In this document: positions 48,390-59,252 of the stretch, in pieces
Layout: each line of letters starts with the position of its first letter
Position numbering within the stretch: the stretch's first letter is position 1
NCBI GenBank assembly: GCA_963785305.1
Contig: CAWAUV010000008.1
Span: 608,001 to 672,000 of the forward strand
DNA from: an uncultured Planctomycetaceae bacterium
Lineage (GTDB): Bacteria > Planctomycetota > Planctomycetia > Pirellulales > PALSA-1355
Direction of reading: 5' to 3'
Length of the DNA: 64,000 nucleotides
Notes under the pieces: generated by a model
The model's database searches: none
The model's input: the letters and a program-made list of their open reading frames with translations, nothing else
Told to the model about the DNA's origin: nothing
Made by a program: the position numbers and the translations under genes

Positions 48390-48490
48390 TGAAGCACGGA
48401 TCCTTCTCTTCGACGGCATCTTTTTCTTCGCGCGAGCCAATCGCTCTTCGCGGTCCTCGCCAAAGTCGTTTTTCGAGTCATATCCTTGGA

Positions 48491-49927
48491 ATGGAACAAC
48501 CCATGATCGCCACTGAAACTCGGCGCCAGCGCAACCGCTGGATGTCGACCGTCTTGATCGCCGCGGCCAGTTTTCCGATCGGACCGCCCGCATTCGCGGC
48601 CGAGAGCGCGAAGCAGCCGAACATTCTGGTAATCGTGGCCGACGATCTCGGCTATGGCGACGTCGGATTCAACGGCTGCAAGGATATTCCAACTCCCAAC
48701 ATCGACGGCATCGCCGCCGCTGGCGTGCGCTGCTCAAATGGCTATGTCTCCTGCCCCGTTTGCAGTCCGACGCGAGCCGGCCTGTTGACCTCGCGCTATC
48801 AAGAGCGCTTCGGACATGAATTCAATCCGGGACCGATCGAAGACACCGAGAAGGCCGCGGAGTTCGGCCTCCCACTCACCGAGACAACTCTGGCCAATTC
48901 GCTGAAGAGCGCGGGCTATTCGACCGGGCTGGTGGGCAAATGGCATCTCGGCTTTGACGAAAAATATCGGCCGCAACAGCGAGGATTCGACGAATTTTTT
49001 GGCTTCCTGGGAGGGGCGCATCAGTATTTCCAACGCGGCAAGGGCAAGGCGGCGCAAGCCGCGCCCATCTATCGCGGCAACACGCCCGTCGACGAATCGG
49101 AATATCTGACCGACGCTTTCACGCGGGAGGCGGTCGCGTTTCTCGATCGTCGGCAAGACAAGCCGTTTTTCTTGTTGTTGACCTACAACGCCGTGCATAA
49201 CCCGCTGCAAGCGCCGGAGAAATATTTGTCGCGTTTCAGCGGCATCTCGGATGAACAGCGACGCACCTACGCGGCGATGCTGAGCGCGCTCAACGATGGC
49301 GTCGGCAAGGTCATGGAAACATTGCGCAAGAAGGGGCTCGAGGAGAACACGCTGATCTTTTTCATCAGCGACAATGGCGGCCCCACCAAGGGCAACGGCA
49401 GCAACAACGGGCCGTTGCGCGGAGATAAAGCCACGGTGTGGGAGGGAGGAATCCGTATTCCCTTCCTGATCCAATGGAAAGGCAAATTGCCGGGCGGCAA
49501 GGTGTATGACCAACCGGTGATCTCGCTCGACATCGGCGCCACGGCCGCCGCGGCCGCGGGGGCCGCTCATGGCGGCGGTAAACCTATCGACGGCGTGAAC
49601 CTTTTGCCTTTCGTGCTGGGCGAAGCCAAGCAACCGCCGCACGAAACGCTGTATTGGCGATTTGGCCAACAGCATGCCATTCGGCAAGGCAATTACAAAT
49701 TGCTCCAACGCAACAAGCAGCCGCAAGAGCTTTATGACCTGGCCGCGGACCCCGGCGAGCAACACGATCTGGCTGGAGAGAAGCGCGAGATCGTCGATCA
49801 GCTAAACAAGAGCTATTCGGTTTGGAATGCCGAACTGGCAGCGCCTCTGTGGCGCGGCCAAGGCGGACAAAAAAAACAGCAGAAGGCGAAACAAGCAAGT
49901 AATTCCGCGCAAACGGGGAAGAGCTAA
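48491..49927 (+). CDS. Formylglycine-dependent sulfatase (S1)
   Basis: PNILVIVADDLGYGD, CSPTR, GKWHLG, SDNG. Confidence 0.95.
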   Translation: MEQPMIATETRRQRNRWMSTVLIAAASFPIGPPAFAAESAKQPNILVIVADDLGYGDVGFNGCKDIPTPNIDGIAAAGVRCSNGYVSCPVCSPTRAGLLTSRYQERFGHEFNPGPIEDTEKAAEFGLPLTETTLANSLKSAGYSTGLVGKWHLGFDEKYRPQQRGFDEFFGFLGGAHQYFQRGKGKAAQAAPIYRGNTPVDESEYLTDAFTREAVAFLDRRQDKPFFLLLTYNAVHNPLQAPEKYLSRFSGISDEQRRTYAAMLSALNDGVGKVMETLRKKGLEENTLIFFISDNGGPTKGNGSNNGPLRGDKATVWEGGIRIPFLIQWKGKLPGGKVYDQPVISLDIGATAAAAAGAAHGGGKPIDGVNLLPFVLGEAKQPPHETLYWRFGQQHAIRQGNYKLLQRNKQPQELYDLAADPGEQHDLAGEKREIVDQLNKSYSVWNAELAAPLWRGQGGQKKQQKAKQASNSAQTGKS

Positions 49928-50097
49928 TCCGATCATGGCGCTCGGAAATTAGGTATGCTGAATAGGGAATCGCGCGAGAGAATCGCGGCGAAGCGGTCGC
50001 GCGGTCGTTGGCCCAGGCGACGCCCGTCGGCTGATATTGGCGGACTCGCGGGCTTTGGCGCGAGCTGGGCATTGAGTTCTGGAAACCTCGCGGAGCG

Positions 50098-51489
50098 ATG
50101 ATGAAAACCGATCCGCCAGCGTCTTCATTGGCGCCGATCCGATTTCTTTTCGCGGCGATCGTTCGGCTGAGCTTGCTGGGAGCTTTGCTGGGCGCGGCGC
50201 CTGTTTCGGCCGCCGAGGAGCCCGATGCCGAGGTGGTCGCTCGGAAGAAGCTGCAACAGCAACTCACCAGTCGCAAGAGCGGCGAGCGACGCGAAGCGAT
50301 CGAAGCGCTGAGTACTAAATATCCCGGCGCCGATGTCGCGAAATCGTGTATCTCGCGCGGTCTCAAGGACAAGGACGAGGAAGTGCGTCGCGCGGCCGAC
50401 AACGCGCTGATGGCCATGAAGGACAATCCCGAGGTTTGTAAATATCTTGTCGATACGTTGACCAAGGAAGGACGCTCGAAAGGCGGACTGGAGTCGGTCG
50501 CTCCGATCATTCGCGCCCTGCTGGCCTCGAATGCGCCGGAGGCCAAGGAGGGAGTATTCGGCTATTTGGACAAGGTGTCGGACACTACGCCTGAAGCCGT
50601 CGTGATGATGTCGGATACCGCCGAGGAGTTGGGCAAAAGGGCATTGCCCGCCGAGCTTCCCCAACTCGCGGCGATGGCGAAGTCGAAGACGTTCGAGCGG
50701 GAGTTCGGCTTTCGCCGCGCCGTGGTCCGCGCGGCAACGCGCTATAGGAACAAAGAGGCCGTGGCTTTGTTGATTCGCGTGTTAGGAAATGAAAAAGGGG
50801 AGCTGCGCGGCGACATCATCGAGTATCTGGGGCAACTGACCGGCGAAACGTTCGGCGTCAACATCGACGCGTGGCTCAATTGGTGGAAAGAGCATGAACG
50901 GACTTTTCAGTATCCGAATCGTCCCGCGCCCCCTTCGGCGCGATCGGTCGTCAAGGGCAACGCCGCGGGGTCGTATTATGGAATTCCCCTCTATGCGAAG
51001 CGCATGGTGTTCGTGCTCGACACATCGAATAGCATGCGCGGCGAGCGCATCGTGGCGGCGAAGCGTGACCTCGTCAGCGCGGTCAGCGCCTTGGACGAGG
51101 ATTGTTACTTTGGACTGCTCACGTTCAACAGCGGAGTGTATGTCTGGCAGAAGGCGTTGGTGAGGGCCGACGCCAAAAGCAAGCGCGAGGCCGAGTACTG
51201 GATCATGGATCAAAACCTCGCCGTCCGAACCGCTTCGTTCGACGCCCTCGAGGCGGCCATGCAATTCGACGCCGAGGCGATCTACTTCCTGACCGACGGC
51301 GCCCCGTCCGGCGGTCGGATCGATGACCCGGTCGAAATCGTGAAGGCCATCAGCCTGCTGAATCGCGCGCGACGCGAGTCGATCTATTCGATTGGCGTGG
51401 GATTGAAGCGTGCGGGCAACAAGCACGAAAACTTCTTGAAGTCCCTGTCGGCCGAGAATTACGGCATCTATCGGCGCGTGGACGAGTAA
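50098..51489 (+). CDS. Exported HEAT-repeat plus VWA domain protein
   Basis: Signal peptide, helical repeats, FVLDTSNSM and FLTDG MIDAS motifs. Confidence 0.85.
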   Translation: MMKTDPPASSLAPIRFLFAAIVRLSLLGALLGAAPVSAAEEPDAEVVARKKLQQQLTSRKSGERREAIEALSTKYPGADVAKSCISRGLKDKDEEVRRAADNALMAMKDNPEVCKYLVDTLTKEGRSKGGLESVAPIIRALLASNAPEAKEGVFGYLDKVSDTTPEAVVMMSDTAEELGKRALPAELPQLAAMAKSKTFEREFGFRRAVVRAATRYRNKEAVALLIRVLGNEKGELRGDIIEYLGQLTGETFGVNIDAWLNWWKEHERTFQYPNRPAPPSARSVVKGNAAGSYYGIPLYAKRMVFVLDTSNSMRGERIVAAKRDLVSAVSALDEDCYFGLLTFNSGVYVWQKALVRADAKSKREAEYWIMDQNLAVRTASFDALEAAMQFDAEAIYFLTDGAPSGGRIDDPVEIVKAISLLNRARRESIYSIGVGLKRAGNKHENFLKSLSAENYGIYRRVDE

Positions 51490-51545
51490 GAACCTATCCC
51501 CCAATTCCCTCCTCTCCCGTCATGAGGAAGGGAGGTAAGGGCTAT

Positions 51546-51958
51546 CAGTTTGTTGAAATATTCAACAGGCTGCTCAGGCTGCCTTGTTCCGGAGTTGGGC
51601 ATGTGCTTGGCACGCGAAATGCACGGCCTGCACGGCCTGGACGAGCAATCCGATTCCGCGACTACCCCGCACGGCCGCCACCAGTATAATGCATGGCTTG
51701 CGGGAAGCCGCATGGCCGCTTGCACTCCAGAACCCCCAAGAGGAGGGGGTCACCCGATAAAAGCGCCCGTGATCGACGTTGCCCCTTGCCGGTCCGCGCG
51801 TCATTCCCTTGCCGCAGCCGCGCCAGAACGAGCCGCAGTGGCTCGCGGGGGAGCCGTCAAGGCTGTTCCGCCGAGCGCGGCGAACCGGCGGCGGGGGCGG
51901 GTTAACGACCTAGCGACGCCTGATAGCGGCGAAGTCGGTTGAAATATTCAACAGGCTG
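51546..51958. repeat. Two copies of a 21-bp palindromic element (51552-51572 and 51938-51958)
   Basis: gttgaaatattcaacaggctg is identical in both copies; core GTTGAA-ATA-TTCAAC. Confidence 0.8.
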
Positions 51959-52001
51959 TTGGTCAGTTGACGGCGTAATCCGCGAATGAAAGGGCATCGC
52001 A

Positions 52002-55000
52002 ATGAACAAGGCGGAGAAGAGCCCCAGTTCCGCGAACCCGACGGTCGTGGCTCTGGATCACCCGATCACGCTCACCATGATGATCGTGGGTCTGCTCAGT
52101 CTTGGATTTCTGGCTTTTGAGAAGATGCAAGTCAACATCTTCCCCTCGCTGAACACTCCCAAGATTTATGTCTTTCTGGATTTCATCGGGATGAGCCCCG
52201 ACCAGATCGAGGGCTTCGTGATCAACGAGTTGGAGTTGTACTTCCAATACGTCGACGGGGTCTCGGACATCAAATCGCGGAATATTCAGCAGGTGGGACT
52301 GGTCGAGTTGTCGTTCTTCAACGACACGGACATGGGCCAGGCGATGGCGCAGGTCGTGGCGATGTCCGACCGATCGATGGCGTGGATGCCGCCCGGGGCA
52401 TTGCCGCCCATGATCATGCGCATGGATCAGGGCAGCGTGCCGATCGGCTACTTGGTCTTCCGCAGCGAGGACAACAAAACAAGCCTCGGCGCCATGGGGG
52501 ATTTAGCCAACAACCTCATTCGCCCCTTGGTGCAAAAAAACGTTCCCGGCACCGTGGCCATTTCTCCTTTCGGTCCGAACATGCGGTCGATCGTCATCAA
52601 CGTCGATCCTCGCAAGCTCTTGACCTACAACTTGAATCCAGAGCATATCATCGAGGCGTTGCGGAAGGGAAATACGGTCATTCCCTCCGGAAACGTTTAT
52701 GTTCATGATTCGATGCCCATCGTGCATAATGACGCGACGGTGGTGGATATCCAACGCCTCGGGAATATTCCCTTGAAGCCGGGATGGAACGTCTATCTCC
52801 GCGACGTGGCGACCGTCGAGGACGCGACCGATATTACCTATGGCTATGCGCTGGTAAATGGCGAAACGGCGATCCACCTGCCGATCATTAAGAAAGACAC
52901 CGGCTCGGCGCTGCAGGTGGTGTCGGATGTGCGCAAGTCGCTGCAAGTCTTCAATAACGCCGTTCCCAAGGATGTCAAGATCACGTTCGAATTCGACGAG
53001 TCGCCGACCGTGGTTCATGCCGTCGAGAGCGTGGCCACCGAGGGCGCGATCGGGGCCGGTTTGACCGGACTGATGATTCTTCTGTTTCTCGGCGATTGGC
53101 GCAGCGTGCTCGTCGTCGTCAGCAACATTCCCTTGGCTCTGACGGGATCGTTGTTCGGCCTGTGGGCGACGGGCAACTCGATCAATATCATGTCGCTCGG
53201 CGGCATGGCGCTCTCGATCGGCATTCTCGTCGACGAGGGAACGGTGACCATCGAGAACACGCACGTGCAACTGGAGAACACTTCCAATACGGCCACGGCG
53301 GCGCTGCGCGCCAGTCAAGCCACCGCGGTCGCGCGATTTCTCGCCCTGCTCTGCATCTTGTCGGTGTTCATTCCGGCCTTCGTCATGAAGGACCCATTGC
53401 GCGCGCTCTTCATGCCGCTGACGCTCGGCGTGGGCTTTTCCTTGATTTTCTCGTATGTGCTCTCCAGTACCTTGGTGCCCGTGCTGAGCGTCTACTTGCT
53501 GAAGCCCAAGGAGAAGCAAGGCGAAGTCGAGAATAGCCAAAAGAAGCCCGGATTGTTCGCCCGCTTCACCAAACGATACGCGGCCGTAATCGGCTGGTGC
53601 ATCGAACGGCGTGGGTGGGTGGTTTCGACATACGTCGTCTCGTGCCTGTTGGTGCTGGTATTGGTGGGGCTGCAAGTCGGCAGGGAATTGTTCCCGAGGA
53701 TTGATTCCGGCGAATTCGTGCTGCGATTTCGTCCGCCCGCGGGTTCGAGCTACGAACTGACTCGCGAGATGGCGGTGATGTGCCTGAAAGAGATCGAAAA
53801 GGAGGCCGGCCCGGGCAACGTGATGATCTCGCTGGGGTTCGCCGGTCAGGTCGCTCCGAACTTCGGCATCGACAACATGGTGCTGTTCATGCGCGGGCCC
53901 GACGATGGCTGGCTTCGCGTCAAGCTCAACGACAAGGCCGGCATCGTGCTCGACACGTTTCGCGAGCGTCTCCGCGAGGTCTTGCCCAAGAATATCGTGC
54001 CGTGGATGGCCCAACGATTGGTGATGGGTGGGTTGGACGAGGAAAAGGCGCGCGACGAAGCGCAAAAATGCTCATTCGGATTCGAGCCGGGGGATATTGT
54101 CAGCCAAGTGATGAGCTTCGGCGCCACGAAGCCCATCACTGTTCGGGTTGTCGGCACCGATTACGAGGAGGTCCGCGCCCATTCGGAACGGATATTCCAA
54201 GAAGTAAAGAAACTCTCCCATCTCCGCGACATCGCGTTCGAGCAGACGCTGGATTACCCGACCATCGAAGTAACGATCGACCGCGAGATGGCCGGCCTGA
54301 TCGGCATTACGCCCGAGCACATCAAGCGTTCGCTCGTCATGGCCACGAGCTCGACCCGGTTCACGAATCTGAATTACTGGATCGACACGAAAACCGGGTT
54401 TGATTACTTGGTGCAGCTTCAAGTGCCGCCCATGAAGCTGATCGAACCGCAGGACGTTGAACAACTGCCTCTGGAGTCCGTTAACGTCTATGTGCCCCTG
54501 ATGCTGCGAGACGTGATCCGCAACGGTCACGTCATGGAGAGCGTTCGACCCGGCGAATATGACCGCGACTTGTCCGAACGCTACCTCGAAATCGGCGCCA
54601 ACGTCGAGGGGGAGGACACGGGTCGGGCCATCGACCAAGTGCGCAAGGCGGTCAAAAAGGCCGGCAAAGCGCCCCGGGGAGTGCGCATCGAGGAGCAGGG
54701 AGCGATTCCGCAGATGACCAAGATGTTTCAGGCCCTCGAGATCGGCATGGGGATCGCCATCTTCGTCATTCTGGTGCTTTTGGCCGCGTATTTCCAATCG
54801 CCGCGGCTGGCCGTGGTTTCCTTGGGAGCAGTGCCCGGCGTTCTCGCCGGAATCGTGGTCATGCTTTACTGCACCGGCACCACGCTCAATATCGAGTCGT
54901 TCATGGGTTCGATCATGTGTCTCGGCGTGTCGGTGTCGAACTCGGTGATGATGGTGACCTTCATGGACGAGCACTGGAGATCGGGAAAAAGTTCCCGCGA

Positions 55001-55409
55001 CGCGGCGCTCCAGGGCGGGGAAGAACGACTGCGGCCGATTTTGATGACGGCATGCGCCATGTCGATCGGCATGGTGCCGATGGCGCTGGCGCTCGAGAAG
55101 GGCAGCCAGATGGAGGCGCCGCTCGGCCGGGCAGTCATCGGTGGCTTGGTGGCCTCGACCTTCGCCACGCTGTTGCTCGTGCCGGCGATTTTCGCGGCCA
55201 CGATCGGAAGCAAACAATACAACTCGCCATCGCTGAACCCGTCAAACCCCGACAGCGAACATTACGACACGAAGGCATACGGTGGCTCGGGAGAGCAAGA
55301 TAACGATGGCCAGGACAGTCAGGGCCAGGGCCGGCGGGGCGACAACGAGAAACAGAGCGACCACGGGAAGCAGGGCGGCGACGGGCAAGAGGACGACGAG
55401 GGAAAATAG
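52002..55409 (+). CDS. RND efflux permease (AcrB/CusA superfamily) with an acidic tail
   Basis: INIMSLGGMALSIGILVDE, RLRPILMT, PLGRAVIGGL. Confidence 0.92.
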   Translation: MNKAEKSPSSANPTVVALDHPITLTMMIVGLLSLGFLAFEKMQVNIFPSLNTPKIYVFLDFIGMSPDQIEGFVINELELYFQYVDGVSDIKSRNIQQVGLVELSFFNDTDMGQAMAQVVAMSDRSMAWMPPGALPPMIMRMDQGSVPIGYLVFRSEDNKTSLGAMGDLANNLIRPLVQKNVPGTVAISPFGPNMRSIVINVDPRKLLTYNLNPEHIIEALRKGNTVIPSGNVYVHDSMPIVHNDATVVDIQRLGNIPLKPGWNVYLRDVATVEDATDITYGYALVNGETAIHLPIIKKDTGSALQVVSDVRKSLQVFNNAVPKDVKITFEFDESPTVVHAVESVATEGAIGAGLTGLMILLFLGDWRSVLVVVSNIPLALTGSLFGLWATGNSINIMSLGGMALSIGILVDEGTVTIENTHVQLENTSNTATAALRASQATAVARFLALLCILSVFIPAFVMKDPLRALFMPLTLGVGFSLIFSYVLSSTLVPVLSVYLLKPKEKQGEVENSQKKPGLFARFTKRYAAVIGWCIERRGWVVSTYVVSCLLVLVLVGLQVGRELFPRIDSGEFVLRFRPPAGSSYELTREMAVMCLKEIEKEAGPGNVMISLGFAGQVAPNFGIDNMVLFMRGPDDGWLRVKLNDKAGIVLDTFRERLREVLPKNIVPWMAQRLVMGGLDEEKARDEAQKCSFGFEPGDIVSQVMSFGATKPITVRVVGTDYEEVRAHSERIFQEVKKLSHLRDIAFEQTLDYPTIEVTIDREMAGLIGITPEHIKRSLVMATSSTRFTNLNYWIDTKTGFDYLVQLQVPPMKLIEPQDVEQLPLESVNVYVPLMLRDVIRNGHVMESVRPGEYDRDLSERYLEIGANVEGEDTGRAIDQVRKAVKKAGKAPRGVRIEEQGAIPQMTKMFQALEIGMGIAIFVILVLLAAYFQSPRLAVVSLGAVPGVLAGIVVMLYCTGTTLNIESFMGSIMCLGVSVSNSVMMVTFMDEHWRSGKSSRDAALQGGEERLRPILMTACAMSIGMVPMALALEKGSQMEAPLGRAVIGGLVASTFATLLLVPAIFAATIGSKQYNSPSLNPSNPDSEHYDTKAYGGSGEQDNDGQDSQGQGRRGDNEKQSDHGKQGGDGQEDDEGK

Positions 55410-55481
55410 CCGCGCAATGAAGACAAACGATTGCCACGAGCGCAATCCGGATCGCTTGTTAAACAGTGGAAACCGAACAAC

Positions 55482-56960
55482 ATGATCACCGCACATCGAT
55501 CCAAAAGCCGGCTTGGCGGACGCGGCCTCGCGCCTTGCGGCTGGGTGTTGGCGCTGCTGGCGTTTTCCGGCTGCGAGGAGAAAGAAGAGACGCCCGCCCC
55601 CAGTGTTTCCACGCCACCGGCCCTGCACATCATTCATCCGCGCCGCGAAAAAATCAGCCATATTGTTGGGCAGCCGAGCTTCGTGCAGAGCTACGAACGG
55701 ACATCCATCTATCCCAAGATGACCGGGTACATCGAGAAATGGAACGTGGACATCGGCGACCGAGTGCAGAAAGGAGATGTGCTCGCGGAGCTGTTCGTTC
55801 CCGAACTCCGCGAGCTCTGGGGGACCAAGGAAGCGACGGTGGCCCACGACCGCGAGCGACTGCGGCATGCCCAAAAAGAGGTTGAGGTGGCGACCGCCGA
55901 TGTCGAGGCGGCCAAAGCCCGCTTGATTGAGGCACAAAAAATGCTCGCGGCCTATCAGGCGAAGGTTGATCGATGGCTTTCGGAAGTGGATCGCCTTGCC
56001 GAGGAAGTCCGAAAGCGCGTCGTGGCGCCGCAAATCCTGCTGGAGTCTCAGATGCAGTTGAAGGCGGACCAAGCCATGTGGGATGCGCAAAATGCGACCG
56101 TGCTGCGGACCGAAAAAGACTTGCTCGCCAAAACCGCGAGCATGGAAGCGGCGGAGATCGAGGTGGAGGTCGCGCGCACGGAGTTGCGAGTCGCCGAGAG
56201 CGAGTCCCGACGACTGCAAGCTTTGGTGGGTTACCTGAAACTATTCGCTCCTTATGACGGAATCATCATATCACGGAACGCCAATACATGGGATTTCGTG
56301 CTGCCGACCGAAGGCGATCCCACGGCGGAAGATCGAGCGCCCCACCTTTCCCCCGGACGCCAAGCCGCTCCGATCTATGTCGTGGATCGAACGGACATCG
56401 TTCGGATTTTCGTCGATATCCCGGAACGCGACGCCAACTATGTGAATGTGGGAACGCCGGCGAACGTGAAAATTTGGGGATACAAGGACACTTGGATATC
56501 GGCTTCCGTGACGCGAATGGCCTGGGCTCTCGACACCAAAAGCCGCACGATGCGGGCCGAGATCGATCTGCCGAATTACGACAGTAAAATCCTGCCGGGG
56601 ATGTATGCCTATGGGAAAATTATCGTCGAACATCCGGCAACCATGCTCCTGCCGAAATTCGCCCTGAGTCACACGGGCGGCAAGTCGTTTATTTGGCTTT
56701 ATCACAAGGGGAAAGCAAAACGCACTGAAATCGAAACCGGAATCACCGAGGAGAAATGGATCGAAGTCACGGCCCGTGGCACGGACTCGAAATATCACGG
56801 GCACGAGGAATGGACCGAGATCGATGGGTCGGAAGAAGTGCTGGTTGGTCCCAAATTGTCCACGCTGACCGATGGCACGGAAGTGCGAATCGACAATTCG
56901 CCCGCCAAGCTTCCCGAGCGTCCCATCGATCGCAAGAACAATGCGGTCGTGGCGCCATGA
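55482..56960 (+). CDS. RND periplasmic adaptor (MFP), lipoprotein
   Basis: FSGC lipobox, GYIEKWNVDIGDRVQKG, long coiled coil, APYDGII, RTMRAEIDL. Confidence 0.9.
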   Translation: MITAHRSKSRLGGRGLAPCGWVLALLAFSGCEEKEETPAPSVSTPPALHIIHPRREKISHIVGQPSFVQSYERTSIYPKMTGYIEKWNVDIGDRVQKGDVLAELFVPELRELWGTKEATVAHDRERLRHAQKEVEVATADVEAAKARLIEAQKMLAAYQAKVDRWLSEVDRLAEEVRKRVVAPQILLESQMQLKADQAMWDAQNATVLRTEKDLLAKTASMEAAEIEVEVARTELRVAESESRRLQALVGYLKLFAPYDGIIISRNANTWDFVLPTEGDPTAEDRAPHLSPGRQAAPIYVVDRTDIVRIFVDIPERDANYVNVGTPANVKIWGYKDTWISASVTRMAWALDTKSRTMRAEIDLPNYDSKILPGMYAYGKIIVEHPATMLLPKFALSHTGGKSFIWLYHKGKAKRTEIETGITEEKWIEVTARGTDSKYHGHEEWTEIDGSEEVLVGPKLSTLTDGTEVRIDNSPAKLPERPIDRKNNAVVAP

Positions 56961-57145
56961 ACTCGCGCTCGAAAATCATTCGCCGTGCGCTTTGGTCGAG
57001 AATCGGTGTCAATGACGCGGATGATTGTTTTCGGCGATGCGGCTAGCACGGAAAACGCCGTCTGGCTCGCGGGCATGCATGCATCGGTCGACCTACAACT
57101 AACCGCCCTGTTGTCGAGCACGTGCCTCATGGGAGATGTCGCGCC

Positions 57146-58883
57146 ATGTCAAAGCAATCGGATTCGAAGCAGTCGGATTCTCCTGATTCGATCGCGGTTC
57201 GCGCTCGCGAAGTCGCCGAGCATGAACGGGACAAATATGTCGAGCTGGCATGCGGCTCCAATGATTATTTGAAGGAGGAGGTCCGTAAACGGATCGAAGA
57301 CGAGGGGAACCAGAAGGACGGCCAAGAGGACGAGGACGATCACGAGAAGCAAGACGAGGAACAGAACAAGCCAGACGGCGAACGAAAAGACGGCCAAGAC
57401 GGGGCCGCCCAAGAAAAGAGCGACCACAAAAAGAACGGCGAGGAAAAAGGCAGCAAAAAAAAGAGTGACAGGGAAGAAAACGACGAGGAAGGCAGCGACG
57501 GGGAAAAGAGCGAAAAACAGGGCGACGAGCCCAATGAAAAGCGTGATGATCAAGGCGAACGGAACAAGGACCAGCAACAAGAGAAACAGGGCGGCAACAA
57601 CGGCAGGAAACCGGCCGACAAGCAGAATTCCGGGCAATTCGAGCAGAACGGCAAGCAAGCCAGCAAGGGCGAGGACGCGACGCAAGGGCGGGCCAGTGAC
57701 CAAGATGGACGCTCGAAAGACAAGGCAAATCGGCATGACCGGCCAGGTCGGCTGACACACCTTTGGAGAACCGCGAAACGACATCGGACGCTCGCGGCCA
57801 CGCTCGCGGGATTCGCCCTGGTTGCATTCACCGTGGTCGTCGGCGGGATTGGAGTGTCGGTCTGGGCCTACGAGGAAGTGGCACAAGCGGAAAAAGACAC
57901 GAAGAAGGCGGAAGACAAGGAAAAGAAGGCGGAGGAATCAGAGCGTGATTTCAAGGGAAAGTATCAGCGCCTCCGAATCCGCGAGGAAGCAACTGAAAGA
58001 GCAGTTTGATGAAGAGAAGAAGAACAATAAGTCCCTGGAACAATCCGCGGAGAACAAGCAGGCCGTCTTGGATTTCTTGAAATCAACGATTCTCGCCGCC
58101 GGCCGCCCGGCGGAGACATCGCTAGCCGAGGCTTACTGGAAAGGAGCCCTGGACACCGCTCACGACGCCTCGTTGAAGCAGGCGGTCGACCTCGCGGCTT
58201 CTCGGGTCGAGAGCGCGTTTCAGAACCAGATGGTGGCGGAGGTCATGGCGCGCGAAATCATTGGCACGGTCTATCTCAACCTCGGAGAGCCCCGACAAGC
58301 ATTTCCACAATTCGAGAAAGCATTTGAAATGAGGGCGGCCTTGCACGGATTCGAAGCCGCGGAGACAGCCCGCTGTCGAAATCGCCTGGCCATCGCCTAT
58401 CGGCTCGCTGGTCGCGCCGCGGATGCCAGTCGGCTCTTCGAGCAGAGAACTCAGTCCGAGGCCTATTCCGAAGCGATTGTCGTCCAAGGTAAGTTGCTGC
58501 TCTCTCGGAAAAAGCCCGCCGAAGCGGAACTCAAGTTTCGTCAATGCCTGAACTATCGTCAGGTCAACGCCCCTCGAGAAGCGTCGACCTTCGAAGTCCA
58601 GTCGTTGTTGGGCGCGGCGCTGGTGGAGCAGCACAAATTCGAACAGGCCGAGACGCATCTGCTGGCGGCTTACGAAGGCCTCGGAAAGCTGGTAAGCGAT
58701 GGCTCTTCCCTGGCCAGGCAGGACCTCATTACGACCGCGGAGCGATTGACAGCGCTTTACTTGAGCTGGGGCCGCGCGGAGAAGGCGGAGCAGTGGATGC
58801 GGGAGCTTGAGTCGATCAACGTGAGCGCGGAGCCCGCGCCGTCGGGCGTCGGCGCGAAGGCGCCGGTTGGCGACGGAGAGTGA
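57146..58883 (+). CDS. Membrane protein: charged disordered N-terminus, TM, coiled coil, TPR domain; frameshift near 57990
   Basis: E/K/D/Q/G-rich region, TM TLAATLAGFALVAFTVVVGGIGVSVW, TPR helices ending LYLSWGRAEKAEQW. Confidence 0.7.
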
Positions 58884-59138
58884 CCCGCCTTGGCAGCCGG
58901 GGTGCTGGAGTGTTCTGATAATCGTCGGGAGCGGTAAAGTACCGCGGAAGTCGTCAGCAGCCCATCCAGCGTACGGCTGGCAGGTGCGCGATCGGCGGCC
59001 GACCGTTGCCCTTTGGCCGCGCCATTCGGCGATCTGGCGCTCGTAGCCTTGGTGGCTGGCCGCGAAACCGTACGGGCCGATAGGCCCTAAATCAACAGCC
59101 CGGCGAGCCCAAGGAAATCCGGAAGCGGAATATCGCGA

Positions 59139-59210
59139 GGAAATCCTGCGCGGCGCTTCAACCTTGCGTGAATCCGAGCGGAAATCCTGCGCTGGCGCTT
59201 CAGGCTTGTA
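59139..59210. repeat. Intergenic REP-like direct repeat x2
   Basis: ggaaatcctgcgc(t)ggcgcttca at 59139 and 59180, between convergent genes. Confidence 0.55.
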
Positions 59211-59252
59211 TCTCATGTTCCCAGGCGGGCGTGATCCCGCGCAGTCGAGGCA

